Shown: positions 1 through 13,267 of the stretch, one piece after another
Layout of the letters: the number at the start of each line of letters is the position of its first letter
Position numbering within the stretch: position 1 is the first letter of the stretch
From: Psammoneis japonica
Taxonomy: Eukaryota
Direction of reading: 5' to 3'
Length of the DNA stretch: 64,000 bases
NCBI GenBank assembly: GCA_008632985.1
Contig: QPGO01000042.1
Coordinates: 186,001 to 250,000 of the forward strand
Program-made: the position numbers and the translations under genes
The notes under the pieces: generated by a model
Seen by the model: only the letters and a program-made list of their open reading frames with translations
What the model was told of the DNA's origin: nothing
Databases searched by the model: none

Positions 1-1087
1 CATCCTATCGGCATTATTTCAGGCTACCATGGGGCAAACTCGCACTACTCTTCTCTCACCACGCTCCGAGATCTTTTGTGCTCTTATGCAGTCAGCCGTG
101 AGCAAGTCACGCGTATTGTCTCCTCCGTTGGCGTCTGCCTACATTGCTCGAGTGGCCGTTCCTGCATGCATGGAGTTCCTTGATGCCATACATACATCAT
201 CGAAAGATTTAAAGTCTCTACTGTGTCAGCGTGGTGCAGACTTGGAGAGTAACACCACTTGCTGGATGGAAATTATAAATGGAACGCACTTGGCATCGCT
301 CGTTTTGGTGTCGACGTCGTGGGCCGAGAGGCAGGAATCGAGAGAAGACTTGGCAAGAGTTGGTCGATCCATGGAGCGGCTTCGTGATGTGCTGGTGGAG
401 GAGTTCGCAACAACCTTTGTCGAAATAGTTTTGATGGAAAGGGCGAAACTGGCTTCCTATCTCATGAGATGTCCGCATTTGCTCTCGACTTCCAATGTCG
501 TGCTCGAGGACCCAAGTCTGTCGGAAGAGCTACACGATGTCATCGCTATGCTATCTAAAGTTGTTACTTGTTGCAACACCCATTTGCAGGCAATCAGTTC
601 ATCCGACATTGAATCCTATCGAATTTCGGAAAAACACCCAGATGCGTTGATTTTTGCCCCCAACGCTGTCATGGACAGTCTCGCCAACATGGTGCCCGAC
701 AAGTTCCTCGAGGTTGCCTTGGATGCTCATGGAATGACACCCGACATCGTACTCGGCGGCGCAACTCAGTTTCGTCGGGATGCGCTCCTCGTTGTCAAAA
801 TTTTTGAATCAGAGAAAAAAGTATCCTGTCGTCGCCTCCTGGATGTGACGAAGTTCATGTCAATGACGTGTGAGTGGCTGCATTCGTTGCGCGAGGCCTT
901 GTTGGGTTTGGTTCAATTCCAAGTCGGCTCCGCGGACAACCCAGGAATACTCTTGTATCAGCATTTTTCCTCGGACAGTACACTGTTCGAGGAAGCCAAG
1001 AGTATGATCGACGCAAAAGGCTTTACGAATCTAGAGTTGGAAGATGCTTTATCGATATTGAATCGTAGAAAAGATTCATTTCTCTAG
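1..1087 (+). CDS. 3' part of a gene for an alpha-helical protein, possibly RINT1/TIP20-like
   Basis: 352-codon open frame running from the window edge to TAG at 1085-1087. The family guess is weak and rests on general appearance only. Confidence 0.55.
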   Translation, partial: ILSALFQATMGQTRTTLLSPRSEIFCALMQSAVSKSRVLSPPLASAYIARVAVPACMEFLDAIHTSSKDLKSLLCQRGADLESNTTCWMEIINGTHLASLVLVSTSWAERQESREDLARVGRSMERLRDVLVEEFATTFVEIVLMERAKLASYLMRCPHLLSTSNVVLEDPSLSEELHDVIAMLSKVVTCCNTHLQAISSSDIESYRISEKHPDALIFAPNAVMDSLANMVPDKFLEVALDAHGMTPDIVLGGATQFRRDALLVVKIFESEKKVSCRRLLDVTKFMSMTCEWLHSLREALLGLVQFQVGSADNPGILLYQHFSSDSTLFEEAKSMIDAKGFTNLELEDALSILNRRKDSFL

Positions 1088-1302
1088 TTCAAGGATTGCT
1101 TCGATTGCTTTTGCTACGTATGATTAGCTATAAGGGATGAATCCGTAACCCTTTCGAAAAAGCGCTTGGGTGTTCGATGACGTCTGATATATGAGATGCC
1201 GTGAGAAAGTTGAAAACTTCCCTGAGTTCCTTCGCGAAGAACGCGTCACAATTCTCGATACACACAACGTCGTACTCGTACCTTCCCAAACATTAATGTA
1301 TC

Positions 1303-1988
1303 TTAAACCTCAAACTTGACTTCATTCTTAAATGAACTCCCACTCGCGTAAGCTGCGATATGAAGAAGGAGCAAGCGATTGATTAGAAAACATCTTGCCG
1401 ATGGTCTGCAGTAGGTTGGAAAGCTCTGGAGACGCATCATTACTTACCGTCCTTATGGGATTGATATTTAAGTGGAGTCTTGACAATATCAAGTGCACGC
1501 TTCCATCTTCCACCGACTTGAGTGCACGCCTCTTGATCACAGCTCTTCAGCCAGAGAGCAATTCGGTCCTGCGATTTTCGGATAGACACGACCGCTCCGC
1601 AGACTTGATCTCCGTTGAGATCTAACGTTTCTCCAATCACAGCCAAGACTGTGTATAACCACCACTCATCGCATCTCCCCGCCTTGGAATCTTTTTTAGG
1701 CATGGTCAAGACAAATTTTCCTCCATCCTTGTTGGCCGGGTCTTCCCACATGGGTTCCACACCCTCTCGAAACACGTGATAATTGGAATTGAGTGCCAAT
1801 TGTGACGCGGGTTTGACATTATTGAATACCCGCCAAAACGTCTCAACATCATCAAAAGTTCCGCAGTTCTTCAAATTGTCCTTCCAGTCACTGCCGGCAG
1901 GTGCTAATCGAGGGTTGTCGTACCATAATACCCATCTGCGATGCAGCGGAACAGCGGGGGGAACTTCGTCTTGTGATTCACTAGCCAT
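1303..1988 (-). CDS. eIF4E: Translation initiation factor eIF4E (2 exons; intron ~1353-1447)
   Basis: Motifs PLHRRWVLWYD, FDDVETFW, YHVFREGVEPMWEDPANKDGGKF, GAVVSIRK..DRIALW. A GT-AG intron restores the C-terminus SHKDAYASGSSFKNEVKFEV*. Confidence 0.95.
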
Positions 1989-2674
1989 TTTTTGCTAACG
2001 GAGACCTGGGATGAAATACCTTTCTGATAAGCTTGTAAGATCCAAAAGTATACTAGATGCAGGATTCCAAAAAGCGACAACAGCACGGATGCAAATGGAA
2101 AGGGATTGATCAATTGATATGTTGTTGGTTGTTGTTGATCATTGATCACGAGCGGAAGTGGCCTGATCGACGGCGAACCGAACAGGTTCTGAGGTGCTCG
2201 CTCTGAGTTCAACTTCACGGTCTGGCTGTCCATCAGTTGTCTGTCGTCTTGCCGCCAGGCGAAAAGAGGAAAATTGGAAAGATTTCGCCTGATTGATGCC
2301 AGATTGACGAAAAACGAAAACCGAGACATATTCGCCATTATTTCAATTTGCCACACTCCACTCTGGGGGCGTCTTTGGATGGAAGTGAGATCGTCGAAGG
2401 CGGTCTGATCGCCAGTGCGTTTGGGGTTTTCCCAGTACAATTTGTACGCAAAAAAAAAAACACGTACATAGGATCTGTCCAGAGGTCCCAAATACCCAAT
2501 CGCACTGATTGACAGACTGTTTTAGTACAAATTCTACGTAACTTTCTTCGACAGTCTCACTTCCGAAGACGTCCCCCAACTCGTGTTGCGACAAAAAACA
2601 AAAACAACGACAGCACCAAGGCAAACATCCCTACATGCAAACCGTACTTCTACCATCGGCAGCGACTTGAAAAA

Positions 2675-3631
2675 ATGAATTCGACGTCTGTTCCGTTGAG
2701 CCAAGAGCTGCCTTGGTCAATCAATCATTCCAGAGGACGTAATTTTGCGATATGTGATGCGTTGGAAACGGACGGGCGCTTTTTGCTGCATACGCTAGCA
2801 ACGCAGGTGTTGAATGAATCGTCGGCTAATGGTTTGCTATGGATCGCTGGTGGCACATGGACTGATCGTTTGATTGCTACGTCTCTCAAAAAGATGGGTT
2901 GCGACACTGCGGCGGCTCACCTAAGATCCATAACTGAAGATCGAGGAAAGGAAAGATCGGATCGTCCTCTGCACATTATTTCCGTGGGCACTGAAATTGC
3001 GGAACGATTGGAAGACACATCTCTTGGTACTCGTTTCGATTGTGAGTTTTATTTGAAAGAGCTGTACAAACGAATAGAGTCATGGGCTACGAAAAATTCA
3101 GAGAGCGATTCGGGTGTATTCTGGATTGTTTTGGATGAAGTTTCATCAATGGCCCTCTTGCTCGGCGAGCGGTTGGTTTACTGTTTCATAATGTCCCTCC
3201 GCGCACTGATAAAGCGATTGAATAGAAATGTGTCCCTTGTGTTTCGGTGTTCAAGCGACTTGGACCAGCAGGACTTTGCAAGAGGTGGCGAACAACTTTC
3301 CAGCGGTGTACATCCCAGTGGCAACACTGTCGATTGGATAGGAGTGAATGCTACACAAGATGATTTGTACAAGGTCGACAAAATACCGTGGGAAAGGCAC
3401 CTTGTCGAGCATGCAGATGGAATTATTGATGTCCTACCTTTATTATCTGGTTATTCACGTGAGGCACACGGGCGGCTTGTCTTCACAGCACCACCCGGTA
3501 ACCGTGGCTGGGGACAGCCAAACCCGACAAAAAAGACAGGAACGATTTCTCCCCTCTCAACCAATGTCATCAACTTTTGTCTCACTGACAATTTGGTCAC
3601 AGCGATTCGACTCCGAACCACAGGTGCATAG
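2675..3631 (+). CDS. ELP6: Elongator complex subunit 6-like protein
   Basis: 318 aa ORF with N-terminal D..ETDGRFLLH and C-terminal VLPLLSGYSREAHGRL, resembling the ELP6 PLxSGxSxDVxGxL motif. Confidence 0.7.
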   Translation: MNSTSVPLSQELPWSINHSRGRNFAICDALETDGRFLLHTLATQVLNESSANGLLWIAGGTWTDRLIATSLKKMGCDTAAAHLRSITEDRGKERSDRPLHIISVGTEIAERLEDTSLGTRFDCEFYLKELYKRIESWATKNSESDSGVFWIVLDEVSSMALLLGERLVYCFIMSLRALIKRLNRNVSLVFRCSSDLDQQDFARGGEQLSSGVHPSGNTVDWIGVNATQDDLYKVDKIPWERHLVEHADGIIDVLPLLSGYSREAHGRLVFTAPPGNRGWGQPNPTKKTGTISPLSTNVINFCLTDNLVTAIRLRTTGA

Positions 3632-3683
3632 CACTTTTATCCAAAAGGTTTATGTGTACGGGGGAACTCTAAAAATAATGCTT

Positions 3684-5194
3684 CTAATCTTTTTTCTTTC
3701 GACTTTTCTTTTCAACTACTATCGACTGACGATCTTGCGATAGTAGCAAAAAACTCATGACAATGGTTGCGAAGCACCAATGTAGCCCAGATGACATGAT
3801 CCATAATCTTGGATTTGGATCTCCACCTCGTGCTGCTTCGCCGCTTTCTGTCATGAATGAAAAAAGAAATGTTCGATAGAATGGCACAGTCACAGAAGCT
3901 GCGTTTTGTAAGACGTCAATGGCCGCAAACACTGATGCCAATGAGTCTTTCGGGACAACTTGCGTCATGAGTGCATGAAGAGAAAGGTCCATTATCGAAA
4001 CTGATATTGATATGATGGGAGCAAGTACCGTCAAGTAGTATGGCAGCGTTGCCTGAAGCTCCATCCAAGTTGCGACTGCCAGCATCATGGCCGAGAAAAC
4101 GGTTGCTCGGCGTTCACCCCCAACGAGCTTTAGAAAATGCCCGACGAGTAGCGACTGAGCGAAAAAACTGAGAAGTTTCTGATACGAAGCCAAATACCCA
4201 CGTTGGTGTAACTCAAGTCCGTAAAATTGTTCGTAGTAACTAGCAATGTTTGCATATGATGTAGCGCGAAGAAGCCACATGAACATAAGCAATGATAAAA
4301 TTAGTGATCCCACAGCCCTGGATTTGAAGCAGGTTTGAAGACTAGTCAGAAATTCATACACTTTCTTTCCTCGTGATCCCTCTTTCCGCATAAATTCTCC
4401 TTTTCTCGTGCCTTCGTCATTAGGAAGGATCGCCAAGCCAATCACAACGTTAGAGATAAACAATGCACATGCTAAAGCGGGGGGTGCCCGTCGATCGACA
4501 TTTTTGTAAAGAAACGCCCCTATCGATGGTCCAACAACCCATGCTATTGTAGAGCTTGCTCTAAGCCTGAGAAAAGGCGTGTAATGATAGGATATTTGAA
4601 CCTCGTGAGAAGAAAGACGTGAAAGTTTCGAATTCATGTTGAGATGATATAGAAGACAGACCTTCCAATGTGTCTGGCTCGTTCCTCTTTCCTTGTATAT
4701 TGGGCGAGCATTGTGGTCGTTACTGTCATTGTTTGTTTTACCAATCCAACCAAAATGCGACTACAAACAAATTCCCCGTAGAGTATCAAAGCGTAAGAGA
4801 GTGCCGAGCCTGCAAAAGATATAAGCAAGACTGTCCGGCGTCGCAAGAAACCCGAGTCAACCAGAGCGCCAAGTGCTAAACCACCAATGATTTGAGAAGC
4901 TGAAAACAGAGACGACAGTAGTTCTCTCTGACCAGCACTCTTTACTCCTGCAGATTCAAAGTACGAAAACAACAGTGGCACCACCAAAGATACTGAAAAC
5001 ATATCAATGATCACAAGGATAGGCAATGATATTGTTGGTGGGATTAAAGGTCGGTGTCGAATCGAAACATCGCCCGATGTTTGGGTCATTCTTTTCTTGC
5101 CCAGGTGTGACTTGGAAGGTTCCGATTCCTTTGGTTTGTCTCCCGACTCTCTTCGAGAGGATGAGGATTCAAGTGATTGTGCTCGAGGAGCCAT
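3684..5194 (-). CDS. Major facilitator superfamily transporter (intron ~4567-4661)
   Basis: Two hydrophobic ORFs joined by a GT-AG intron. MFS-like motifs GALVDSGFLRRR, SRILVGL, EERARHIG, WVVGPSIGAFL. Confidence 0.85.
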
Positions 5195-6313
5195 CAGCCG
5201 TTGGAAATAGATAAAGAGACTTGAATAGAGCTACGTATAATAGCTGATCGCTCGCAGCAAGGTGCTCTGAACCTTTGATATCGCCTACCTTCAAGGCCCA
5301 GCTTCCGCCAGCTCGGAGCTTTGCACCCCTGTGGTAGGGGAGCTGTGTGTGTGCGTGGTTGTGCGCGCACGGCTTCGCCGTGCGTTGAGTTTTAATGTTA
5401 ATATCCACACGAATGTGTATATTCCATAAGTAAAAATTCCTATTCGGTTCAGGATTTTTCCTGCTACTATTAGCATTTGTGTACAAATGCATAAATAAAT
5501 GTGAGGACATTTATATAAAAATATAATGAATAAGATATAAACTGCCACGTAACCATGACATCACCATATTCTCCCCTACCACAGGGGTGGGAGCTTTGTT
5601 CCATCCGGCTCGAGCGAGCGGCGAGCAGCGGCGCCAGACGTCAGTCGTGTGTGACACGTCATCCATGACCATGACACGATTCAGTTTATTTATCTGCATT
5701 GGCGATTTGGATTCAGTAGACTCTAGAGAGTAGTCTCTAGAGTAGGGCCCCTACTAGAGACCTGTCAGACCAAGCTGATGGGAGTGGGCCCCTATGGTGG
5801 GCAGACACCACTCTCTAGCTAGAGAGAGGGCACAAGCTAGCAAGCTGAGGCACTTACTCTGGAGAGGGAAGATAGGTGTGGATGAAGCCAGGAAAAATTT
5901 TCGAGGTGGCCACTCTGCACATGTTTTCCACAGAAGCCTACGACAGTCAACTCTGTGCACGTTCTCTTCATGACTAACGATAGTTTCGTCTCTTCCTGAA
6001 TATTTTTTTACCTGCCGTATCGACAGAGCACAGCCGCGGGTGCCCATAGCTCCCAGCAGCAGGCGTGAAATCTACGAGGCTACACACCGTGTTCATGCTG
6101 AATGCAGTAGTCACTCCTCTCCCTCAAGGCTATTCGACCACAGTGACCCACATTCCAGGGGAAACTTTGAGCCTAACAGAAAGTTAATACACTACAGTAG
6201 ACTAGTGCCTTTGTTTGCCGTATAGTAATTATGTAGATGAGTGTATCTTGGGTGTCAGATTGCGACTAAAAATATTACTCGTACTCTTCAATGACGAGAA
6301 TAGATAGTCATGC

Positions 6314-9147
6314 TCAAACGGCGGGCGTTGGACACGAATTACGTAACGTACGCCTCTGTAGCCTTGCCAGCAAAGCAGCTCTACTTCCTGGCCTAGCGGA
6401 ACTCCTACTGGGCTTTGGATAATGAGGAGAGGCAAAAGGTGGAGTGTTTTCTTTGTCGGGGCCCGGCATCGACTTGGTCTGGTCACCGATGAGTTGTGAG
6501 CTGTGTGCATATGAACTCGTTTTATCGTTCTTGGCAGTAATGTCTGGCGATACCTTTCTCATGGCGGCGCTGTTTCGTTGAGATCGCAATGCATCTAGTA
6601 CATGGTGGCTCGGCAAAAATGACGAAGTCACGGAGTCTTTCGTGGAAGGGTTTCTCTCAGTAGCAGCATAAGGATTTCCTTCTCCTTGCTTCCTGGGGAG
6701 TATACACGCTCCTGTCTCACGACTCTCTCGAACGTAGCCCTGAGCCTTTGATAGAGCGACACGCGCTTGCTCTTTCTCAGGCGCAACCTGAAGGGCGTGC
6801 GATGAAACGTAAGCATTTTTCCGCAACTGCTCCTCCAGTTTCCGAGCTTTCGCCTTGAGATTAAACATTATGCGACGGTTTTCTTCGCATTCGGTTGACC
6901 GCTCTTGCGCTTCATCCACAGCCTTACGATAAAGAGCGACCGACACAGTATTTTCGCTATTGCGAATTTGTGACTTCAGCTTTTGGAGCTCTTTCTTGTA
7001 CTCCTTTTCGCTGTTGCGCTCCTTCTTCAAGAGACCGCCAACGCGTGCTTGGCTACTTTTCAGTTGCTCCAGCAATATGTCAATCTTCTCCCGCAGTGCC
7101 GTGTTTTCAAGCTCAAGATCACGTTTCTGATGGTTGCAGTTCCGCAGTCGCTTCATCATACGATCCCTGTCCTATAATACCAGAGATTTATCAACGTTAG
7201 CAAGAAAATAATGAACAAACGTTAGACGCTTCCCAGACTCCACGATCACTCACCTTAATCGCAGCCGCAAGTTCCTTTTCGGAAGTTGCGAGTGATTCAG
7301 CTAAGGCCTTGCTAGCTGCTCTCGACGAAGCTATCTTTCGCGACAAGTCATCGATCAAAGCCTGATTGGAGAAGGGAGAAATCTAAGAGCAATTTGGTTG
7401 TGAGACTTTGTGGTTCGTCAATGTCGTGTCAACTCATTGAAAAAATACTCACTTGAGATGGGCTACACCGCATACCCATTGCATTCTGAACAGAGTGTAT
7501 CATCCTGTCCCTATCCAGTTGAACCTCTCTGACCTTTTCTTCAACTTCACGGAGCGACTTCACAAGAGAAGCCCTCTCCACAGATGACTTTCTCTCGGAT
7601 TGCTGCTGCAACATCATTTTTTCTTGCTGGCTTTTAAATTCTGTCAGCTGGCACGTTAAAGTTGCGACCTCCTGTTTCAACTGTTGCTCAATTTCTTGAG
7701 CTCTGCAAAGTTTCCGAGTCATAGAATCTCTGTCACGTTCAAGTTCAGCCCGTACTTGTTCCACCTTTTCATTTCTTTCCGCAAGCAATGTTGGGTTCTT
7801 TTTGTTTTCCTCCTCTGGCAGACGATCGGTAACTTGCTTGACCTCATCCTTACCGCTATCCGGCGTTTCGGCTCTTGTCGTCGTGATCAACCTGTTGTTG
7901 AGGTTCTGGTCAACTCCTGCCTGGCTCCACTGATGCACGATTGGTTCATCGTCGTTGGGTAGCTGTTTGTTTGACGAAACTTCTTCGTTGGCTATACGAT
8001 CAAAACCTTGAAAAACAGTAGCAGAAGCTCTTCCTGCAGGATGCCCGCTCGACGACCTCTTTTGGATCTCTCCAGCATCAATCGCTTTTGACCGGCCTTT
8101 GTTGAGATGGGGGCTGGACAATGCCGCGCTGACTATTTTGCTTAAATTTTCGTGGGCTGTCTCGACATGTTCAAAAATTGACGACGACAGCGACATCGCA
8201 AGGGTGCTCTCTTCATGTGCATCAGACCCCGGCATCGTATCAGTTTCAGTGATGACATTGGATGGTCCTTGTGCTTGATCGTGAAAGATTTCGTCGTTGG
8301 TATGGTCCACAGCCGTAGGACTATGGAAGTGAATGCGTGAAGGCTGTAATGCTGACAATGAATGTAATACATTGAGGGTTCGAAAAGCGAAACGGGGAAA
8401 GTGAGAAGCGATCCGTATGCACACTTGCGGAAACAATACCTGAACAAAGTAAAAGGAGATAAACACCTTACCCTGAGCGTCTGCTGCGGAAATTTCATCA
8501 GTTTGACAATCTTTTGGTCGGTCTTTATGGAGCCGTGATCTGCTTAACGATTCGAGCTGCTTCTTCGCAGAGATAGCAAGAGCCGGATAGTGTTCTGGGC
8601 TAAGGATCTTCACAATCTGTTTCAGCTCATCCTCGGACTGGCAATTTTTGACGGAATTGTATCCGAGGGATACAATGGGAATAGAATTGAATGAGTCGCA
8701 GGTAACGAACGACAAGGGCGAGATATTATCGAACGGCTTCGGAGAAAAGAATTCGTCGTTGCTGCGGTCCGATGGTGTTGCCAAAATCGTTTGCTGTCGA
8801 GGTTCGTTGGCACCCCCCTGAGTTTTGAGTGAACAAGGCTTTGGACTGAGAAAGCGAACTCGGGGTTTGACGTCTAATGGAGAGTCTGATTGCTTTCCTG
8901 CAGATGCGTCAACGCCGTCTTTGTCCGTAGAAGAACCCGGGCGTTCACTGTCCTTACGCAACCGAGCCGGAGTCTTGTTCTGAGAAGGAGGCGGGAGCCG
9001 TTCGACATTGAATTTACAGAGCCCATTCGGAGCGGTTGGCGAAAAGATTGACTGTAGGAATTTTTCTTTAGAAGGCACTTGCGATGGGGAGAAGAGAGGA
9101 ACACTCGATTCGTCCCAGCCGCCTGCGACGACGGTTTTTTTCGACAT
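6314..9147 (-). CDS. Large low-complexity/coiled-coil protein, multi-exon
   Basis: ORFs 7429-9201 and 6314-7159 with heptad-rich E/K/Q/L segments. Splice-like signals lie between them. Exon boundaries are approximate. Confidence 0.7.
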
Positions 9148-9734
9148 GATCGACCTCTCGACTTCGAGAGTTTTCAATTCTGCACGAGTAATCAATTTCA
9201 CAGTCTAGAGTTTTCGGCACATGAACTGAAGGCGAAGGAGAACGGTGCTTTGTGAATGATGTTGTGTGATGACTGTCGGCGGCCCCTGCATGCTCGTGAA
9301 TTCAAATTCTTCGTAATAAAATCACGTAGAGGCTACGTGGTCCAAAATGCGGCTTTTGGACATGTTTAGACATCTCAATTACTCCCCTTTTCTTTAGTTT
9401 CTGAACAAAACATCTAATATGATCATTTTGCTTCTGAGATCGCCAAAAACTCGAGGCCGTCATTGCGATAACCAAATTTTTGTATTCAAATTCTTCATGA
9501 TGAAGATTTATATAAACGTGCTGTGTTGGTCCGCACTTGCACTTGCGCTTATCCACACTTTGCCCATGGTGAATTGTGAAGCGGTCTCGGTCGAGTTCCA
9601 TCATAGCATTCGTCGCATAATTCATTCTCGGTGGTATTTTTAGATTGATTCTTCGGAACGCAAGAGTGTTGGTACCGATATTCCGTTTCTCCCCGCGCAT
9701 CCGGAAGCTTGAAGATCGATCGAAGACCAGTAGA

Positions 9735-10680
9735 ATGGGAGATGCCATAAGTTCTCTCCTTTTTCAACCCCCTCCGCCGACCTATCTTCACCCCTCTCGG
9801 CATTTCTGGCTCAGCAATTCAGAAGGTGGCCGTATTCCTGCTTTCTTTATTGAACGGGCGAATGCGCAAGTAACGATCTTGTTTTCCCATGGCAATGCAG
9901 AAGACTTGGGCATGATTTATGATTGGTTCAATGATCTTGCACGAGTGTTAAAGGTTAATATCATGGCATACGATTACACCGGTTATGGCAAGTCGAATGG
10001 CACTCCTTGCGAGGATTCATGTTACGCCGATATTGAGGCAGCCTTTGACTATCTGCTAAAGGTTCGGCATATTCAACCCGAGCAGATCGTTCTGTATGGA
10101 CGCTCGCTGGGGAGTGGTCCGTCATGCTATCTTGCTGCAAAAACAGCGCGGGAAGGTCGAAGTGTCGGCGGTGTGATTTTGCAAAGCCCGCTTCTCAGTG
10201 CCTATCGTGTAGCTTTCAATTTTAGATTTACAATGTGTGGAGATCGCGTAAGTTTGTTTTTGTGAAGAGTAGCGACGATTGCGTTGTTTTCGTCAATCCT
10301 CACTTTTTGTTTTGCTGTTTCAGTTTCCAAACATTGATTATGCGCCTTTCATAAAGTGTCCAGTTTTCATTGTTCATGGGACTCAAGACGAGGTGGTTCC
10401 CTTTTGGCATGGCGAGAACTTGTTCCTAGCGCTTCCTCAGCCGTGGCGTGCCAAGCCCTTTTGGGTAGATGGTGCGGGGCACAACAACATTGAGGCGCTC
10501 CTTCGACCAACGGGTGCTTTTGTTGACAAGTTGACGGAGTTCCTTGACTTGCATATTCCTTCTAGACGAGGGAAGATAATGCCACCGACAATAGTACCCG
10601 AGTGCGTTCCAGCTGCATTGCGTCAATTTGGAGAGGCTGAGTTGAGAGGCAACAGCCACGCTCAGAAGCTTCGAGCATAG
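9735..10680 (+). CDS. ABHD17: ABHD17-family alpha/beta hydrolase (protein depalmitoylase-like; intron 10248-10323)
   Basis: Motifs LFSHGNAEDLG, YDYTGYGKS, LYGRSLGSGP (nucleophile), HGTQDEVV, GAGHNNIE. Confidence 0.9.
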
Positions 10681-11019
10681 TGGTTCGACCAGTCTGTTAA
10701 TTGATCCATCATAATGATAAGGGTAGGATCGATTCGACCTTTTAGCCTCGCCATCGAACCGTAATCAAGGTCTCATACTTTAGGGAATACTGTAGCATTC
10801 ATAACATAAGTCTGCTGTCACCTAAAGAATGTGGCTAGTCCGCTCATGGCCATAAAGATTGCCGGAAATGCATGTAAAGCAAAAGTCTAATCAAAGAAGA
10901 GTTCGAACTTTGCTTTACTGTACCATAGACCGAAACGATCAAAAATGTTGGGCTATCCCTTCAAAATATACAACTACAAGTATCCCGAAACAGTTAAAGA
11001 CGTTTCTTCTTGACGCTCT

Positions 11020-11667
11020 TTAGAGAATAGTACACCCCGCACAAAAACAATCCTTTTGTTCTTCTCCAGTATTATCATCTTCGTAAATGTCGGCCAATTG
11101 CTTTGTTTCGGCAGTGACCTGTTCGACCGGTGGCACTTCCGTTACTTCCGGTTCCGTTTTCTCCGGTGTAATTCTACCTGTAGGCTGTTCTGCGTCTTCT
11201 TTGGAAAGCTCGCTATCAATAGGAGTAAGAACGGTCGACTTGGAATCGGGAGATGAGACAACCTCTGATCCGTTAGTCGTGTCGTCGCTTTTCTTTGTGC
11301 GAAACGTAAACACTTTGGTTTTGGATGTTCTGCTGCCGACAGTCGATTTCGGCGTCAGAGCGCCTTTGACCGACTTTGTCTTTGACCTTATTGCTGAGCC
11401 CGTATTAACAAGAAGCCTCCGGGTCCGGGACGCATTACTGGTGGTACTTCCTTCCTCTCCACTCTGAGTCGTTGACTCCAGCTTTCGTTGCGCCTTTAAA
11501 AGCTTCTTTTGTTTCTTCACGAACTTGGCAACTCTTCTTTCCTGAAGTTTCCATGTTGGATTCTGCTTTGCCACGATCTGGTGTATTTGTTTAGAGGATG
11601 GCTGAATTGGAGATTCATTCTGAAAAGCGTGCAACAATGAGTCCAATTTGAAGAGCGAGTGAGTCAT
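11020..11667 (-). CDS. Hypothetical protein with C-terminal CaaX-like motif (CFCAGCTIL)
   Basis: 215 aa ATG-initiated ORF with ordinary gene-like composition. Confidence 0.65.
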   Translation of the reverse strand: MTHSLFKLDSLLHAFQNESPIQPSSKQIHQIVAKQNPTWKLQERRVAKFVKKQKKLLKAQRKLESTTQSGEEGSTTSNASRTRRLLVNTGSAIRSKTKSVKGALTPKSTVGSRTSKTKVFTFRTKKSDDTTNGSEVVSSPDSKSTVLTPIDSELSKEDAEQPTGRITPEKTEPEVTEVPPVEQVTAETKQLADIYEDDNTGEEQKDCFCAGCTIL

Positions 11668-12319
11668 TATCTTGTGTGACTGTTGTGGTTGCGGTAATTC
11701 CGTGAAGGAATTCTTCGTTCTTTACCAGCGTGGAAAGCGAAACTATACAGACAAAAATGTATCTATCTCATACATCTCACCTCTTTCAAAATTGCCAGGA
11801 TCGACGCGTTCAGCTCATCTGCAGTCGGGTTGTATTGTTGAATTGGTCTTTCCGACGGGTTGAGGCTGCTTGATGCCATGATGGTTGCCTAGTGGAATGA
11901 CTAGCTAGAGCTAGAGAGGAATCCTACTCTGCGGGACGGTAGGGACGACGCACGACACACGATATCGACACACGACCAGTTCTTTTTTCTTTGTTTCTTG
12001 CCGATTTTGTGCGGTTGTCGCGCTTATAAAATTGTTACTGTATGCATACTTTATAGATATATGTATATCTATGTTTATTATTCATACAATTTTCGTTATA
12101 TAAGATTTTTATAACCATTAAATTAGAATCGTCAAGTCTACCTGCCGCCACAAAACACGAAACACGAACCAATGAAGTATGAAGCGCAGCGCATCGGCAT
12201 TCGGCATCGACCATAAGTTTCGAAGAGATTCGTGCCTTGTTCGCTACTTTTAGAGAGCACTCCTTAAAAAAGGAATCAAGTACTGAAGGGCTTCAAAATT
12301 TTTGGAAGCAAACGTGGTC

Positions 12320-13027
12320 ATGACTGATGAAATTGACGCGATCCTTTCTGCGCCTGACCACTATGCGGTTTTGGGTGTGAGCGACGACTGCCAGGAATCT
12401 GACCTTAGGCGAGCCTATCTTACCAAAAGTGTCAAGGTACACCCCGACAAGAATAGCGATCCTCGTGCGACCACCGCATTTCAACGTGTTGCTGAAGCTT
12501 GGGGTGTGCTGTCTGACAGCTCAACCAGGAAAGAGTACGACCGAAGCCTTCGAGCCCCTGCTGGCGATGATACCTTTCACTATGTGCCTCCTCCTCCTCC
12601 ATCATTCAAGGATGCTTTGTTTGTATTTGCAGCCGCAACCACAATGATGGGAGGACATTCGTGGGCGGGAGATGTCGGTCAAACGCTTTATTGGGCGCAA
12701 CAATTAGTTGAAGGCCGAGAAACACGTAGTACCACAGAAAATACCGCACACGCTGCCATGGCTGTTGGCTCGGGACTTAGAGCAGTTGGAGCGGCTGCCA
12801 AGATGTTGGGCTTCAAGAATGCTGGGGCCTTGGCTGATAGAACCGCTGGTCTTGCTCAGGTAGTGGGTGTTGGTGCAGTCGTTGCAAACGTTGCAAAGGA
12901 CAATCCATCCGTTCGAAAGGCATTTGAGACCGGCGGAGAGAAAGCAAAGTCCTTGCAAGGCACGTGGAAAGAGGCGGTGGAAAGAATAAATCGAGAAAAA
13001 CTCAAGAATCCGAACAGAACAGGTTGA
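12320..13027 (+). CDS. DnaJ (J-domain) protein
   Basis: DHYAVLGV...LRRAY...VHPDKN...AFQRVAEAWGVLSD...RKEYD J-domain with HPD motif. Confidence 0.92.
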   Translation: MTDEIDAILSAPDHYAVLGVSDDCQESDLRRAYLTKSVKVHPDKNSDPRATTAFQRVAEAWGVLSDSSTRKEYDRSLRAPAGDDTFHYVPPPPPSFKDALFVFAAATTMMGGHSWAGDVGQTLYWAQQLVEGRETRSTTENTAHAAMAVGSGLRAVGAAAKMLGFKNAGALADRTAGLAQVVGVGAVVANVAKDNPSVRKAFETGGEKAKSLQGTWKEAVERINREKLKNPNRTG

Positions 13028-13267
13028 GGACCGCCAGGTTAATCTGAATGTACTACGGTATTCCCTGTCGGTTGATGCGCAAAACAGGTCGAATCAAATT
13101 TCCAAGTCCTTGGCGGGCTACCCACCATTGCGTCACTCAATCACATGCTCAGTACGATGCCGTCCTGAAGAAAGCTATATACTATGTCATGCTTTTGTAT
13201 TTCAATAGGCAACAAACGGACTGTTATGCAAATAATGATAAAGTGCGAAGTCGTTATTTTCTTTGCT

